DNA of 64,000 bases from a virus, in the IMG/VR virus record IMGVR_UViG_3300047160_035999, positions 5,059 to 69,058 of that record. The stretch is one strand, 5' to 3'. A program made the translations under genes and the position numbers. The notes under the pieces were generated by a model. That model did not search any database. It was not told where the DNA came from and saw only the letters and a list, made by a program, of their open reading frames with translations. Positions 8,736-17,381 of the stretch are shown piece after piece; position 1 is the stretch's first letter, and every line of letters begins with the position of its first letter.

Positions 8736-9626
8736 TCAGCGGAATTGGGCGCTAGTGGTGGGGAAGATGCGGACGCCGCGCAGCGGCACGGTGTCCTTGT
8801 GGATGCGCACATAGGCGCGGATGGCCTTCTCGATATCGGCGCGGCCGATGTGCGAGCGCAGCGCTTCGAGATCCACGTCAGCAAGGCTGGCAATCTCGAA
8901 GTCGAACGACTGCGCCAAGGTCGCCAGTCCGCCGCTGGTGGCGCGGGTACGCGCCATATCAGCCGGTTTCTCCTCGGCGGCACGCTGCGCCTGGCTGGCG
9001 GTCGCGGCGGCGTCGATTTCCTTCTGCCGGGCGGCGCGCGCCTCTGCTTCCTTGCGATCGGCTTCGGCCCTGGCAGCGGCGGCGGCCTCCTCGGCTTCCT
9101 TGCGCTTGGCAGCGTCAGCCTCGCGCTGCGCAGCCAGGCGCGCCTCCTCAGCCCTGCGCCGCTCCTCGTCGGCCGCGCGTTGGGCGGCAGCGGCCTCCTC
9201 CTGCCGCTTGCGCTCGTCCTTGCGAGCAATGCGGGCTTCTTCCTCGCGGCGCCTGCGCTCGTCCTCGGCCTTCTTGTCAAGATAGCGCTTGGCGCGCGCC
9301 TCGATCTGCGCCTGCACGTCCGAGCACCGCTTCTTCAGCGAGCTGAAATAGGAGTCTACGATACGACCGGCGTCCAGATATGGCGCCTTGGTGTCTTCGC
9401 GCCTGGCCTCCGCTCGCTTGATCTCGTTGAGCAGGCCCCGCACGGCCTCGCGTGCCGCGGAGATATCCTCCTCGTCCTCAAACACCGCCGGCAGTTCAGC
9501 TGCAGTGTTGAGCGCGGTCGAGACTGCCGTCTCGAGGTAATCGAAGTCCTTTGCGAGCTGATCGGCGGTGATCAGCGGCTCGCGGTTGTCGCCATCTGCG
9601 GCGACGGCTTTTGCCTGCGCGACCAT
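8736..9626 (-). CDS. Coiled-coil phage protein in the recombination module
   Basis: 296 aa with a long E/R/A-rich coiled coil, between yqaJ and recT. Confidence 0.7.
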   Translation of the reverse strand: MVAQAKAVAADGDNREPLITADQLAKDFDYLETAVSTALNTAAELPAVFEDEEDISAAREAVRGLLNEIKRAEARREDTKAPYLDAGRIVDSYFSSLKKRCSDVQAQIEARAKRYLDKKAEDERRRREEEARIARKDERKRQEEAAAAQRAADEERRRAEEARLAAQREADAAKRKEAEEAAAAARAEADRKEAEARAARQKEIDAAATASQAQRAAEEKPADMARTRATSGGLATLAQSFDFEIASLADVDLEALRSHIGRADIEKAIRAYVRIHKDTVPLRGVRIFPTTSAQFR

Positions 9627-9627
9627 G

Positions 9628-10554
9628 TCAGCGGCCCTTCAGAATCTTGACCATGCGGAAACTGGTCGGGTTGACGAAGTAGCCGTCACGGGACGTCATC
9701 TTGTTGGACAGCATGCGACCGTCAGGCAGCAGCGCGAGCGCGGCGTTCTGCATTTTGGCGTTGATGACGGCCTTGGCAGATTTCTCCGCCGCCTCGGCTT
9801 CCTTCTTGGCCTCGCGCGCCCGCTCCAAGCTGACGACCGCGTCACCGATCTGGTTGTCGCCGGACAGGTCGATCTGCAGCCCGTTGTCCTTTGGATACAG
9901 GGACGAGATCAGCCGGCCGTCCCGCGCGTAGTCGGGCGGATAGGGTTCACCGCGATCGACCCGGCACCAGAACTGAGAGACCTCGACCTTGATCCGCTCA
10001 AAGATGCCGTCGTGCACCGGGATCGGAACGATCGGCATGTCGACGCCGAAGCCAATCACCATCGGTGCAACAGCCGCCCATACCCGGCCGGTGAGCTTGG
10101 TCTCGATGATCGCCTGCACCACGATCCAGAGCGGCGGCTCGATCAGACCGCTGTCGGTCTTCCACTCGCGCCGGAATACGCCCGGCTCGACGCTCTTGAT
10201 CTGAATGATGCCCGGCTCGCCCTTCTCATTCGTGGCGAAGACATCGGGTGTCGCTCCAACGCGCGCGACGGGATCGCGGTAGTAGTAACCGACCGGATAG
10301 TCCTCGATCATCCAGTCCGGATGCTCTTCACGCAGCACTTGGACGGCGACGGGTTCGAGCAGCCGTCCGCGGCGCATCGGCGCCGTCTCCTCTGGGTCCT
10401 CCTGCGTTAGTCCCTTCTTCAGCAGGTAGAGGCCGAATGCCGTCGAATATGGGTGCACGCCCAGCAGCGCGCCGGCGACTGATGCCGTCACATCCTGCTG
10501 GCGCAGGGAGAGCCACTGCTCGCGGTCGGTGATTGCGATCCTATCGACCGGCAT
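9628..10554 (-). CDS. YqaJ-like viral recombinase exonuclease (lambda-exo/RecE type)
   Basis: REQWLSLRQQDVTAS, RGRLLEP, GATPD, IQIKS, P.W..VQ motifs. Confidence 0.9.
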   Translation of the reverse strand: MPVDRIAITDREQWLSLRQQDVTASVAGALLGVHPYSTAFGLYLLKKGLTQEDPEETAPMRRGRLLEPVAVQVLREEHPDWMIEDYPVGYYYRDPVARVGATPDVFATNEKGEPGIIQIKSVEPGVFRREWKTDSGLIEPPLWIVVQAIIETKLTGRVWAAVAPMVIGFGVDMPIVPIPVHDGIFERIKVEVSQFWCRVDRGEPYPPDYARDGRLISSLYPKDNGLQIDLSGDNQIGDAVVSLERAREAKKEAEAAEKSAKAVINAKMQNAALALLPDGRMLSNKMTSRDGYFVNPTSFRMVKILKGR

Positions 10555-10876
10555 TGGACGTCTCCCTGGCGATCTGCTCCTTGATCCAGACCACGAGATG
10601 CGCGCGCTGGAGCCGACGCGGACCCGACTCCATCATGCCGGTGTTGGCATCGAGCAGGTCGAGCAGCGGCACCAGCGCGGTCACCTCTTTACTCAGCCGC
10701 GCGACCTTGATGCGCGTGAAGATGTTTTCTTCCGACCGCATCGCGAGCAGTTCGAGTTCGGCGAACAGCCAGGTCGTCCGGGTGAAGAACGGCGGCTTGT
10801 GGTCGCCAGTCTTCTTGCGATCGGCGTCGTCGAGGATTTCGCGCGCGGTGTGCATGAAGCGGGAGAGGTTCGACAT
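10541..10876 (-). CDS. Hypothetical phage protein
   Basis: Start MSNLSRF at a TAATG overlap. Confidence 0.55.
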   Translation of the reverse strand: MSNLSRFMHTAREILDDADRKKTGDHKPPFFTRTTWLFAELELLAMRSEENIFTRIKVARLSKEVTALVPLLDLLDANTGMMESGPRRLQRAHLVVWIKEQIARETSNAGR

Positions 10877-11178
10877 TATCGGCCACCCCATGCTGGATCG
10901 ATGTTCTCGGCATCGAGCTGGGCGCGGGCCTTCTGCCGGCGCAGCGCGGCGCGGCCGATCGCAACTGCCTGTTCTGCGGCTTGAACGCTCGTCACGATGA
11001 GTGTCGACATCCCGCGCTTGATCGCCTCGGCCATGTCGGCCGCCGTGCCGGAGCATGCCGAACAGAGCGGCGGCGAGTTCTTCTCGACGCGGACCCAGCT
11101 GCAACCTTCGTTGCAGGCGTTGTACTCGGTACAGCCGCAGACTCTGCAGGCCGGCTCGGATGATTTGCGGCGACTCAT
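10876..11178 (-). CDS. Hypothetical Cys-rich phage protein
   Basis: CRVCGCTEYNAC.EGCSWV...LCSAC motif. Confidence 0.7.
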   Translation of the reverse strand: MSRRKSSEPACRVCGCTEYNACNEGCSWVRVEKNSPPLCSACSGTAADMAEAIKRGMSTLIVTSVQAAEQAVAIGRAALRRQKARAQLDAENIDPAWGGR

Positions 11179-11450
11179 TGCTCACCGCCCTTCGCGAACA
11201 AGATGGCGTCACGCGCTTTCCGGCAATCGCCAGCGGTAGGACCACGATGGCGCTCACCTGCGATACGCCATGAGCAGATTGCGACGTCATCTGGCTTCCG
11301 GAAATGATCGCAGATGTCAGCAAGCTCGGCGAACGGCTGAAGTGCCCTGATCAGCTCAGCGTTTCGCTCGACCAATTCTGCTAATCGTTTCTCCCTCACC
11401 GCGGAGACAGCCTGCACGGTTTTCCTGTAGGATTCGGCTGGCTTGCTCAT
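11175..11450 (-). CDS. Hypothetical phage protein
   Basis: Start MSKPAES, ATGA-coupled on both sides. Confidence 0.55.
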   Translation of the reverse strand: MSKPAESYRKTVQAVSAVREKRLAELVERNAELIRALQPFAELADICDHFRKPDDVAICSWRIAGERHRGPTAGDCRKARDAILFAKGGEQ

Positions 11451-11653
11451 GCCGCCCTCCCCGGAACGTTCGGCACATCGCCATGCGCCTGGTTCTCGGC
11501 GTCGAGCTGGCGCCACATGGCGCGGACGCAGTGGTTGTGCCCGCTGCACCATCCGATGGTGGCCGCGGGCGCGCTGATGCCGACAGCGCCGACCAAAACG
11601 CCGCTGACAAACGGATGCGAGATGGCGAGGAGCACCAGATCCGCGAGCATCAC
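11447..11653 (-). CDS. Small membrane protein
   Basis: Hydrophobic N-terminal half; ATGA-coupled. Confidence 0.55.
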   Translation of the reverse strand: MMLADLVLLAISHPFVSGVLVGAVGISAPAATIGWCSGHNHCVRAMWRQLDAENQAHGDVPNVPGRAA

Positions 11654-12072
11654 TCGGCCCTCGCGTTCTGAAGGATGGTTGCAGGGGACGGATTTGAACC
11701 GCCGACCTCGAGGTTATGGGCCTCGCGAGCTGTCCGGGCTGCTCTACCCTGCTGTGATTGTTGACCGTGAACGTCGCGGGCATGGTGCTGCCGGCCGGCA
11801 TCGGTCCGGAAATACTTGCCGCAATGGCATTCGAACGGCTTGTGCTGCTTGGCCGCTTCGTGCCGTTCCCGGTTGATGCGGGCCGCCTTCCGGGCGTTCG
11901 CATTGCTTGGCATCAGGGATTTGCGCAACGCCGTCGTGAGAAGGTTGCGGCCGCTGCCACCGCCGCAGCCCGGGCAGCTGCGCGGATAGCCTGACGCCTC
12001 GCCGTCGATCAGTTCGACGCAAACCTCGCAGAGGATTCCTTCGACGACCATGTCAGCGATTTCGCCCATCAT
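11650..12072 (-). CDS. Zinc-finger protein (CxxC pair plus C2H2-like motif); 3' end overlaps the tRNA
   Basis: MGEIADMVVEGILCEVC...YPRSCPGC; KPFECHCGKYFRTDAGRQHHARDVH; ATGA-coupled at both ends. Confidence 0.65.
   Translation of the reverse strand: MMGEIADMVVEGILCEVCVELIDGEASGYPRSCPGCGGGSGRNLLTTALRKSLMPSNANARKAARINRERHEAAKQHKPFECHCGKYFRTDAGRQHHARDVHGQQSQQGRAARTAREAHNLEVGGSNPSPATILQNARAE
11676..11753 (-). tRNA. tRNA-Met(CAU), initiator-like, CCA encoded
   Basis: AGCAGGGTAGAGCAGCCCGGACAGCTCGCGAGGCCCATAACCTCGAGGTCGGCGGTTCAAATCCGTCCCCTGCAACCA folds into a full cloverleaf; 1:72 mismatch, A11-U24 and the GAGCAGCCCGG D-arm are fMet-like. Confidence 0.88.
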
Positions 12073-12425
12073 GCGGCCCTCCGGTCGGAGGCCGCTGCGG
12101 CCGAGATCGTCAGGCGAAGAAGGAATTCTGCGTTGTCGAGAATCTCGGCGTTGGCCAGCGTCGGCGCCACCGGCATCTCGACATCGAAGTCGTCGCGGCC
12201 GGCCGGCCCGATATCCCAAACCATCCCACCGTCGCGGTGGGACATTGACGCGCGGCCGATCTCGTCAGAGCCGCGATAAGCGACGATCGAGCGGCAGGCG
12301 CCGTACATGCCGACGTTGCGGACAATTCGGACGTCCGACCCCGGGACGGTCGCGATGACCGGGGCGGTGCCCCTGCCGGGCAGCGGGCCGGTGGCCCCAG
12401 TGGTCTGCAGCAAGTTGGTGAACAT
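12069..12425 (-). CDS. Hypothetical protein, first gene of the leftward early operon
   Basis: Start MFTNLLQ with RBS GGGAGG just downstream of the operators. Confidence 0.55.
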   Translation of the reverse strand: MFTNLLQTTGATGPLPGRGTAPVIATVPGSDVRIVRNVGMYGACRSIVAYRGSDEIGRASMSHRDGGMVWDIGPAGRDDFDVEMPVAPTLANAEILDNAEFLLRLTISAAAASDRRAA

Positions 12426-12460
12426 CGAAACCCTCCCAAGGTCTGGTTGGGAGAGTTTCA

Positions 12461-12503
12461 CGGTTATCTAACCGCGTCAACACATTTCACGGTTAGAGAA
12501 CCG
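12461..12503 (-). promoter_or_regulatory. PL-like promoter with two repressor operators
   Basis: CGGTTATCTAACCG (12461-12474) and CGGTTAGAGAACCG (12490-12503) flank a minus-strand TTGACG -35 box (12475-12480). Confidence 0.75.
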
Positions 12504-12781
12504 CATTTATTTTGAGGCGAGGTCGCGCGCGTACGTCTCCACGGTTAGACCTTTCCCAGAGGGACGGTGCCCAAAGCACCGTCCCAGTATGAGGAGATAG
12601 TAGTAGTTTATTCTATATAGGTGCGAATTCCATGCCATTTACCGCGCGACCAGCGCCAAACGGCCCCTTGAAGGGGCCGATGGCACGGTTTTGCGAAATG
12701 ATTTTCTATGGACCAAACCAGCGCGCAGAACCGCAACCGGTGCCCATATCGCCGAATCGACGGACCGTGATTCGGGTGCGG

Positions 12782-13090
12782 TTAGCCGGCGTGAAGACGG
12801 AAGGCCGTCCACTCTTCCCGAACGATGAGGCGATAGCTTCCAGTTGCGGCATCGCTCGCATTGAGCCGCGCCAGGGCCTCGCTGAACGGCGGATAGCAGC
12901 GGCCGAGGAAGTAGCTCAGCGCCTGGTCATAGGTCCGGACCTCAGCGATGAATGCAGCTGGCGCGCTGGACCGGATGCATCCGCGAAGGTTCAGAATCGC
13001 AGGCTGGAATTTTGCTGTGTCGTCGGCCGGCTGCGCGCTGGCCGGCGCGGCGAGCGCGAACAGCACCAGCGCTGCCGCCGCGCGCTTCAC
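12782..13090 (-). CDS. Secreted protein co-transcribed with cI (candidate superinfection exclusion factor)
   Basis: Signal peptide MKRAAAALVLFALAAPASA-Q; GTGA overlap with the cI stop. Confidence 0.6.
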   Translation of the reverse strand: MKRAAAALVLFALAAPASAQPADDTAKFQPAILNLRGCIRSSAPAAFIAEVRTYDQALSYFLGRCYPPFSEALARLNASDAATGSYRLIVREEWTAFRLHAG

Positions 13091-13833
13091 TGCGGCCTCA
13101 TGTCGATCACCGCCGCGGCCCAGGTGATGGTGGCGCCGATGATCGGCGGTTCGGTGTTGGACAGCAGCTCGTAACCGCCGCCGCGCACGCGACGGATTTT
13201 CTTGACCAGCACGCGGCCGTCCTCGAGCTTCACCACGCAGAGCTTGTTGACCAGATCCGGCGAGATCGACCGCTCCTCGTCGTTAAAAAACACGATCCAG
13301 CGATCGAATAGCTCGCCCAGGCTGTCGCCGCGGATTTCGAGCGCGCGCGTGCGGTCAGTGGCGTTCGGCGGCGCGCCGACGCGGTCGAGCTCGTTCTCGT
13401 GCAGCGGCAGATAGACGGCCTCGGCGCCGGCACGCACATAGCCGATCAGCGGGACGCGCATACCCATGTCGTGGCCAAAATGCGCGCCAGGTTCCGCCAG
13501 ACCGAGCAGCTCGCCGCTGTCGATGTGGCGGTCGCCGTCCGGAGCGATCTCGGCGCCCTCCCCGCTAAGCAACCATTGTGTGGTGGTCTCCAGGCCCTGG
13601 GCCAGTGCCTCGACCTTCTCCGAGCGCACCCCCGTCTGCTTCCCGGCGCGGAACTGTTTGCGCATCGTGTTCAGGAAGTCCGGCGTCAAGCCGGACCGAA
13701 TCGACGTCGCGCGATCGCTCAGCTTCTTGCCAGGACCGGCCAGAGCCTTCTGTCGCTTATCGATCCGCGCAAAAAACTCCCTGGCAAACCGCGTCGTCTG
13801 CGAAATGCTTGTTTTCTTTGTGGTTCTGCCCAT
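13087..13833 (-). CDS. cI: CI-like repressor (HTH plus S24 peptidase domain)
   Basis: N-terminal HTH (LAQGLETTTQWLLSG); VPLIGYVRAG; IRGDSL catalytic Ser region; VLVKKI Lys; divergent from cro. Confidence 0.9.
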   Translation of the reverse strand: MGRTTKKTSISQTTRFAREFFARIDKRQKALAGPGKKLSDRATSIRSGLTPDFLNTMRKQFRAGKQTGVRSEKVEALAQGLETTTQWLLSGEGAEIAPDGDRHIDSGELLGLAEPGAHFGHDMGMRVPLIGYVRAGAEAVYLPLHENELDRVGAPPNATDRTRALEIRGDSLGELFDRWIVFFNDEERSISPDLVNKLCVVKLEDGRVLVKKIRRVRGGGYELLSNTEPPIIGATITWAAAVIDMRPQ

Positions 13834-13835
13834 AG

Positions 13836-13925
13836 CGGGTATTAAACCGCACATCGAAACCGCGCGGCACGGTTAGTCGCCACCAAATTCGGGTCTTGAC
13901 GAATACGGTTATCTAACCGCATATG
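13836..13925. promoter_or_regulatory. OR/PR-like region with operators
   Basis: CGGGTATTAAACCG (13836-13849, 11/14 match); TTGACG (13896-13901) followed by CGGTTATCTAACCG (13906-13919). Confidence 0.75.
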
Positions 13926-13932
13926 ATGCTCC

Positions 13933-14202
13933 ATGGCCCCCAAGACCCTCAGAGAGCAGTTGCTCGCCGCCACGGATGCCTATTGCCAGGCAACCGGCCG
14001 GTCGGCCTCCCGCGTTTCCACCGTGATCTTCAACGACGGCAAGCGCCTCGGCGCGATCAAAGACGGTGGCGATCTCGCCACCGGCGTATTCGAGCGCGCC
14101 ATGTCGTGGTTTTCGAGCAACCTGCCCGAAGGCGTGGACTGGCCGGATGGCCTGTATCCGCGACCGGTGACTGAAGCCGACCAGGCCGGAGCTGCCGAAT
14201 GA
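13933..14202 (+). CDS. cro: Cro-like repressor
   Basis: Short HTH protein divergent from cI; alphaproteobacterial pattern ...FNDGKRL...F..AM.WFS.N.PEG..WP. Confidence 0.75.
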   Translation: MAPKTLREQLLAATDAYCQATGRSASRVSTVIFNDGKRLGAIKDGGDLATGVFERAMSWFSSNLPEGVDWPDGLYPRPVTEADQAGAAE

Positions 14203-14639
14203 AATCGCTGATCCCTGCACCCATCGCCGCAGCGTTGCCGAAGAACCGCCAACAGGCAAATCAGGCCGGTGAAAGACCTTTCGCTGGAAATGAAGATCCT
14301 TGCGGCGTTTTTCTGCGCCTCGTGAATACCATCAAGCACTTGTGGCCGCGCAAGACGGCCGCGACCGTCTCCCACCTGACAGGCACAAACGAGCGCACGG
14401 TGCAGTTCTGGCTGGCCTGCTCGACGCGGATGTCGGTCGAGGCCGTGGCCGCCCTCCTCCGCACGGACGCGGGTTACGAGATCCTCGAAGCCATCATGGG
14501 CGATTGCAAAGCCGAGTGGTGGCTGACGACCCAGAACGCGCACGAGCTCCGCCGGACACGCCGCGAGATCGCGGCCGCGCAGAAGCGGATCGATGCCGCG
14601 AAAGCACGTCAGAGCCAAATCGATCTTTTCGGCCAGTAA
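14199..14639 (+). CDS. CII-like transcriptional regulator
   Basis: Lies after cro; HTH-like KTAATVSHLTGTNERTVQFWL. Confidence 0.55.
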   Translation: MKSLIPAPIAAALPKNRQQANQAGERPFAGNEDPCGVFLRLVNTIKHLWPRKTAATVSHLTGTNERTVQFWLACSTRMSVEAVAALLRTDAGYEILEAIMGDCKAEWWLTTQNAHELRRTRREIAAAQKRIDAAKARQSQIDLFGQ

Positions 14640-14836
14640 GCATCATGCGCGCGCGGCACCGCAGCGCTTCTGCGGCCTGGGCGAGAAGAAGCCGGCAGTG
14701 ATTAGACAGTTCAGCATCAAGGCAGCGACGTGGCTTTCGCAGCAGTTCGTGCATTGCGCGAACTTCTGGGCGGACGTCGGCGAGGCGTTGAACCGGAGAG
14801 TTCGGCTGGGAACGGTGCGAAGCGAGCGAAGGGAGG

Positions 14837-15403
14837 ATGGGGATGCCCGCAGGTGATTGGTGCGACGAACATGTTACGACGCTGCGGCGTCTTTGGGACG
14901 CCGGCCTCTCTGCATCGGAGATCGCTGGCGAGTTCAAAGGCGCCTATTCGCGTAGCGCGATCCTCGGCAAGGTCAACCGGCTGAAACTGGCGCCGCGCCG
15001 CATCGACAATGCGCGCCATCCGGCCGGCGCGCCGAAACCGCCGCCAATTCCGCGGAAGCGGATTTCTGCCGGCCCCCCTGCTCCGGCTCCGGCACGAACC
15101 AATCGGACCAACGAGACCGTCGAGAGGTTGAGGGTCGCTGCTGAGGAAGCGGCCCAGATGGCGAGGCTCGAAGAGCCTAGCGACGGCAAGGGCGTCAAGC
15201 TCGTCGACCTTGGAAATCATCATTGCCGCTGGCCGAAGGGTGATCCGCGTAACGATGACTTCATGTTCTGCGGCGAGACCACCGCGAATTTTTCGGAGAA
15301 CCGGCCGTATTGCCCGTTCCACACCCTCAAGTCGATCGACCGCACGCGGCTGCGGAATCCAAAGGCGTTCGAGCGCGACGCCGCGTTCGCCGCACGATGT
15401 TGA
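14837..15403 (+). CDS. gcrA: GcrA family cell-cycle regulator homologue
   Basis: W.DE.V..LRRLW.AGLSASEIA...SRSAILGKVNRLKL; C-terminal L.DL...CRWP.GDP...F.FCG...PYC..H. Confidence 0.9.
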   Translation: MGMPAGDWCDEHVTTLRRLWDAGLSASEIAGEFKGAYSRSAILGKVNRLKLAPRRIDNARHPAGAPKPPPIPRKRISAGPPAPAPARTNRTNETVERLRVAAEEAAQMARLEEPSDGKGVKLVDLGNHHCRWPKGDPRNDDFMFCGETTANFSENRPYCPFHTLKSIDRTRLRNPKAFERDAAFAARC

Positions 15404-15429
15404 CCTTGTTCCAACCAGAGGAGCCCGGA

Positions 15430-16083
15430 ATGGGACGCAAAGGAAGTGGCGCAAAGAACGGCGGTGCATCCCCGTCGCCGAAGCAGACGGCAGAAGGCCT
15501 GTCCGACGATCAAGTATACTCGCTGACTGAGCAACACCGGAAGGACTACGAGATCGCGCTGGCCGCGAAGAAGAGCGCGGACAAGCGCCTGAAGGACATC
15601 GGCAAGATCATCAAGGCCGATCTCGGCAAGCACGGCATGGCGCAGATCAAGGCGCTGATCGAGGGAGCGAGTCCGGAAGGAACGGCCGCAATCAAGGCGC
15701 GCATCGAGCGGGACGCGCAAGTGCTGCGCTGGCTGGGTGAACCGATCGGCACACAGTCGGAGATGTTCCCCACCGATCGCACGCCGCTCGCCGAGCGCGC
15801 CTTCGCAGAAGGCAAGCGTCAGGGCCTCGCCGGCACCCGCAACGAGAATCCGCACCATCAATCCACCGAGGCCTACCACAAGCACAACGAGGGCTATGAC
15901 GCTGGACAGGCGACGCTTGCGAGCGGTTTCAAGCCGCTGGACAACACGCCGAAGGGGTCGACGCCGGCGAGTGACTGGCAGACCCGCACGCGCGAGCAGA
16001 ACCGCGAGGTGGAAAACGCGATCAAGACCGGCACTGTCGAGCGTCTCGGCAACAAGGCCCCCACCCACCAGGTCTCGGCTTGA
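15430..16083 (+). CDS. Hypothetical protein; possible GapR-like helical domain plus Rmf-like motif
   Basis: RBS GAGGAG; helical KKSADKRLKDIGKIIKADLG segment; AFAEGKRQGLAG...NPH...EGYDAG; similarity judged by eye only. Confidence 0.45.
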   Translation: MGRKGSGAKNGGASPSPKQTAEGLSDDQVYSLTEQHRKDYEIALAAKKSADKRLKDIGKIIKADLGKHGMAQIKALIEGASPEGTAAIKARIERDAQVLRWLGEPIGTQSEMFPTDRTPLAERAFAEGKRQGLAGTRNENPHHQSTEAYHKHNEGYDAGQATLASGFKPLDNTPKGSTPASDWQTRTREQNREVENAIKTGTVERLGNKAPTHQVSA

Positions 16084-16087
16084 CCCC

Positions 16088-16675
16088 ATGCCGCGCATCA
16101 CCGGGCTCATCTATAGCCTCGATCTCGGAGTCGTCTCTGGCTTTGCCAAGGGGCGGCCCGGTGATGCGCCGGTCTCCGGCTCCGTCCGGCTGAAGGCGCC
16201 AAAGGAAGGCATCGAGGTCGCGCACGCAAACCTGATAGCATTTCTCCAGGAGCAATTCGCGGAGGAAGCACCAGCACTGCTCGTCAAAGAGCGCATCATG
16301 TCGCTGGAGGCATTCAAGCAGCTCAACATGGGCCAGGACGTCGTCTATGCCCACGCGGGCTATCACGCAATCGTCGCGGGCATGTGCGGACGCTATGGCA
16401 TCCCGTGGGAAGACGTGCCGGATTCCACCGCGCGAAAACATTTCATCGGCAAAGGGCGCCTCGGCAATCGGGAAGCGACCAAGGCGGCCGTCATTGACCG
16501 ATGCCACGTCCTCGGCCTGATGCCGAAGGACTGCCGCGACGACAACCGCGCCGACGCGCTCTGTAATCACGACTTTGCCTGCGCGACATATGGCGGCCGG
16601 GCGGCATCGATCGGAGCATTTCAACTATTCGCTCAGGGGGGAACGTCACATGCCGGAAGCCGAAAGGCCGTCTAG
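16088..16675 (+). CDS. RuvC-like Holliday junction resolvase
   Basis: SLDLG, LVKER, RKHFIGKG...KAAV, DDNRADAL acidic motifs. Confidence 0.75.
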   Translation: MPRITGLIYSLDLGVVSGFAKGRPGDAPVSGSVRLKAPKEGIEVAHANLIAFLQEQFAEEAPALLVKERIMSLEAFKQLNMGQDVVYAHAGYHAIVAGMCGRYGIPWEDVPDSTARKHFIGKGRLGNREATKAAVIDRCHVLGLMPKDCRDDNRADALCNHDFACATYGGRAASIGAFQLFAQGGTSHAGSRKAV

Positions 16676-16943
16676 CTTCGACGATATTGCTGTTGCGCTC
16701 TCGCTCGCCGCCGCCAAGCTCAAGCTTGACCTGGACCAGGCCGAGCTGCTCGCCGCGCGGATTGACCTCTCCCCGATGGGACTCAATCTCGCCGTCACCG
16801 AGCTGCGCAAGAACATCGACCTCGTCGCGGAAGCTCACCGCTTCTTTAAGGACAACGCCGCAAACGAGAAACAGATCCGCGCGCTGGTTGCGAGCGGAAA
16901 GCGGAAGCCGTGGTTCGACCTCAGGAAAGTCGCCGTCCTCTAA
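16650..16943 (+). CDS. Hypothetical phage protein
   Basis: Start MPEAERP with a G-rich RBS. Confidence 0.5.
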   Translation: MPEAERPSSFDDIAVALSLAAAKLKLDLDQAELLAARIDLSPMGLNLAVTELRKNIDLVAEAHRFFKDNAANEKQIRALVASGKRKPWFDLRKVAVL

Positions 16944-16957
16944 ACAGGAGCATCGCC

Positions 16958-17374
16958 ATGCCGTTCGAGACACTGGAAATCGTGACGAAGAAGAACATGC
17001 CGCCCGTGGCCAAGCTCAGCTATATGCGGCCGGAAGCTCGCGGCAAGAGCGCAGGTAGATCCCGGCCAGATGCAAAGCCGCAGCTGATCATCGCGATTCC
17101 GACGACGATCTGCGGCACAGCAAAGGCCAAGACCTTCGCGCTAGCTCTCGGCAGCGGCGCCGATCGCGGCAAGCTCCGCGTGCGTGGCTTGACGGGAAAA
17201 GACGCGATGGGGGGGGTAGAGCCAAAGGAATTGAAGCACACGTTCGTGTTCCGGTTCGGCTTCGTACCGAAGCTGGGCGACGACATCTTCGACGGCGAGC
17301 ACCGGCCGGTTCGCAAGATATCGGACGACGAGTTCGAGATCGAAGTGCCAGAGAGCTGGTTTAACGGGCAGTGA
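16958..17374 (+). CDS. Hypothetical phage protein
   Basis: RBS AGGAG, start MPFETLE. Confidence 0.6.
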   Translation: MPFETLEIVTKKNMPPVAKLSYMRPEARGKSAGRSRPDAKPQLIIAIPTTICGTAKAKTFALALGSGADRGKLRVRGLTGKDAMGGVEPKELKHTFVFRFGFVPKLGDDIFDGEHRPVRKISDDEFEIEVPESWFNGQ

Positions 17375-17381
17375 TCGTGCG

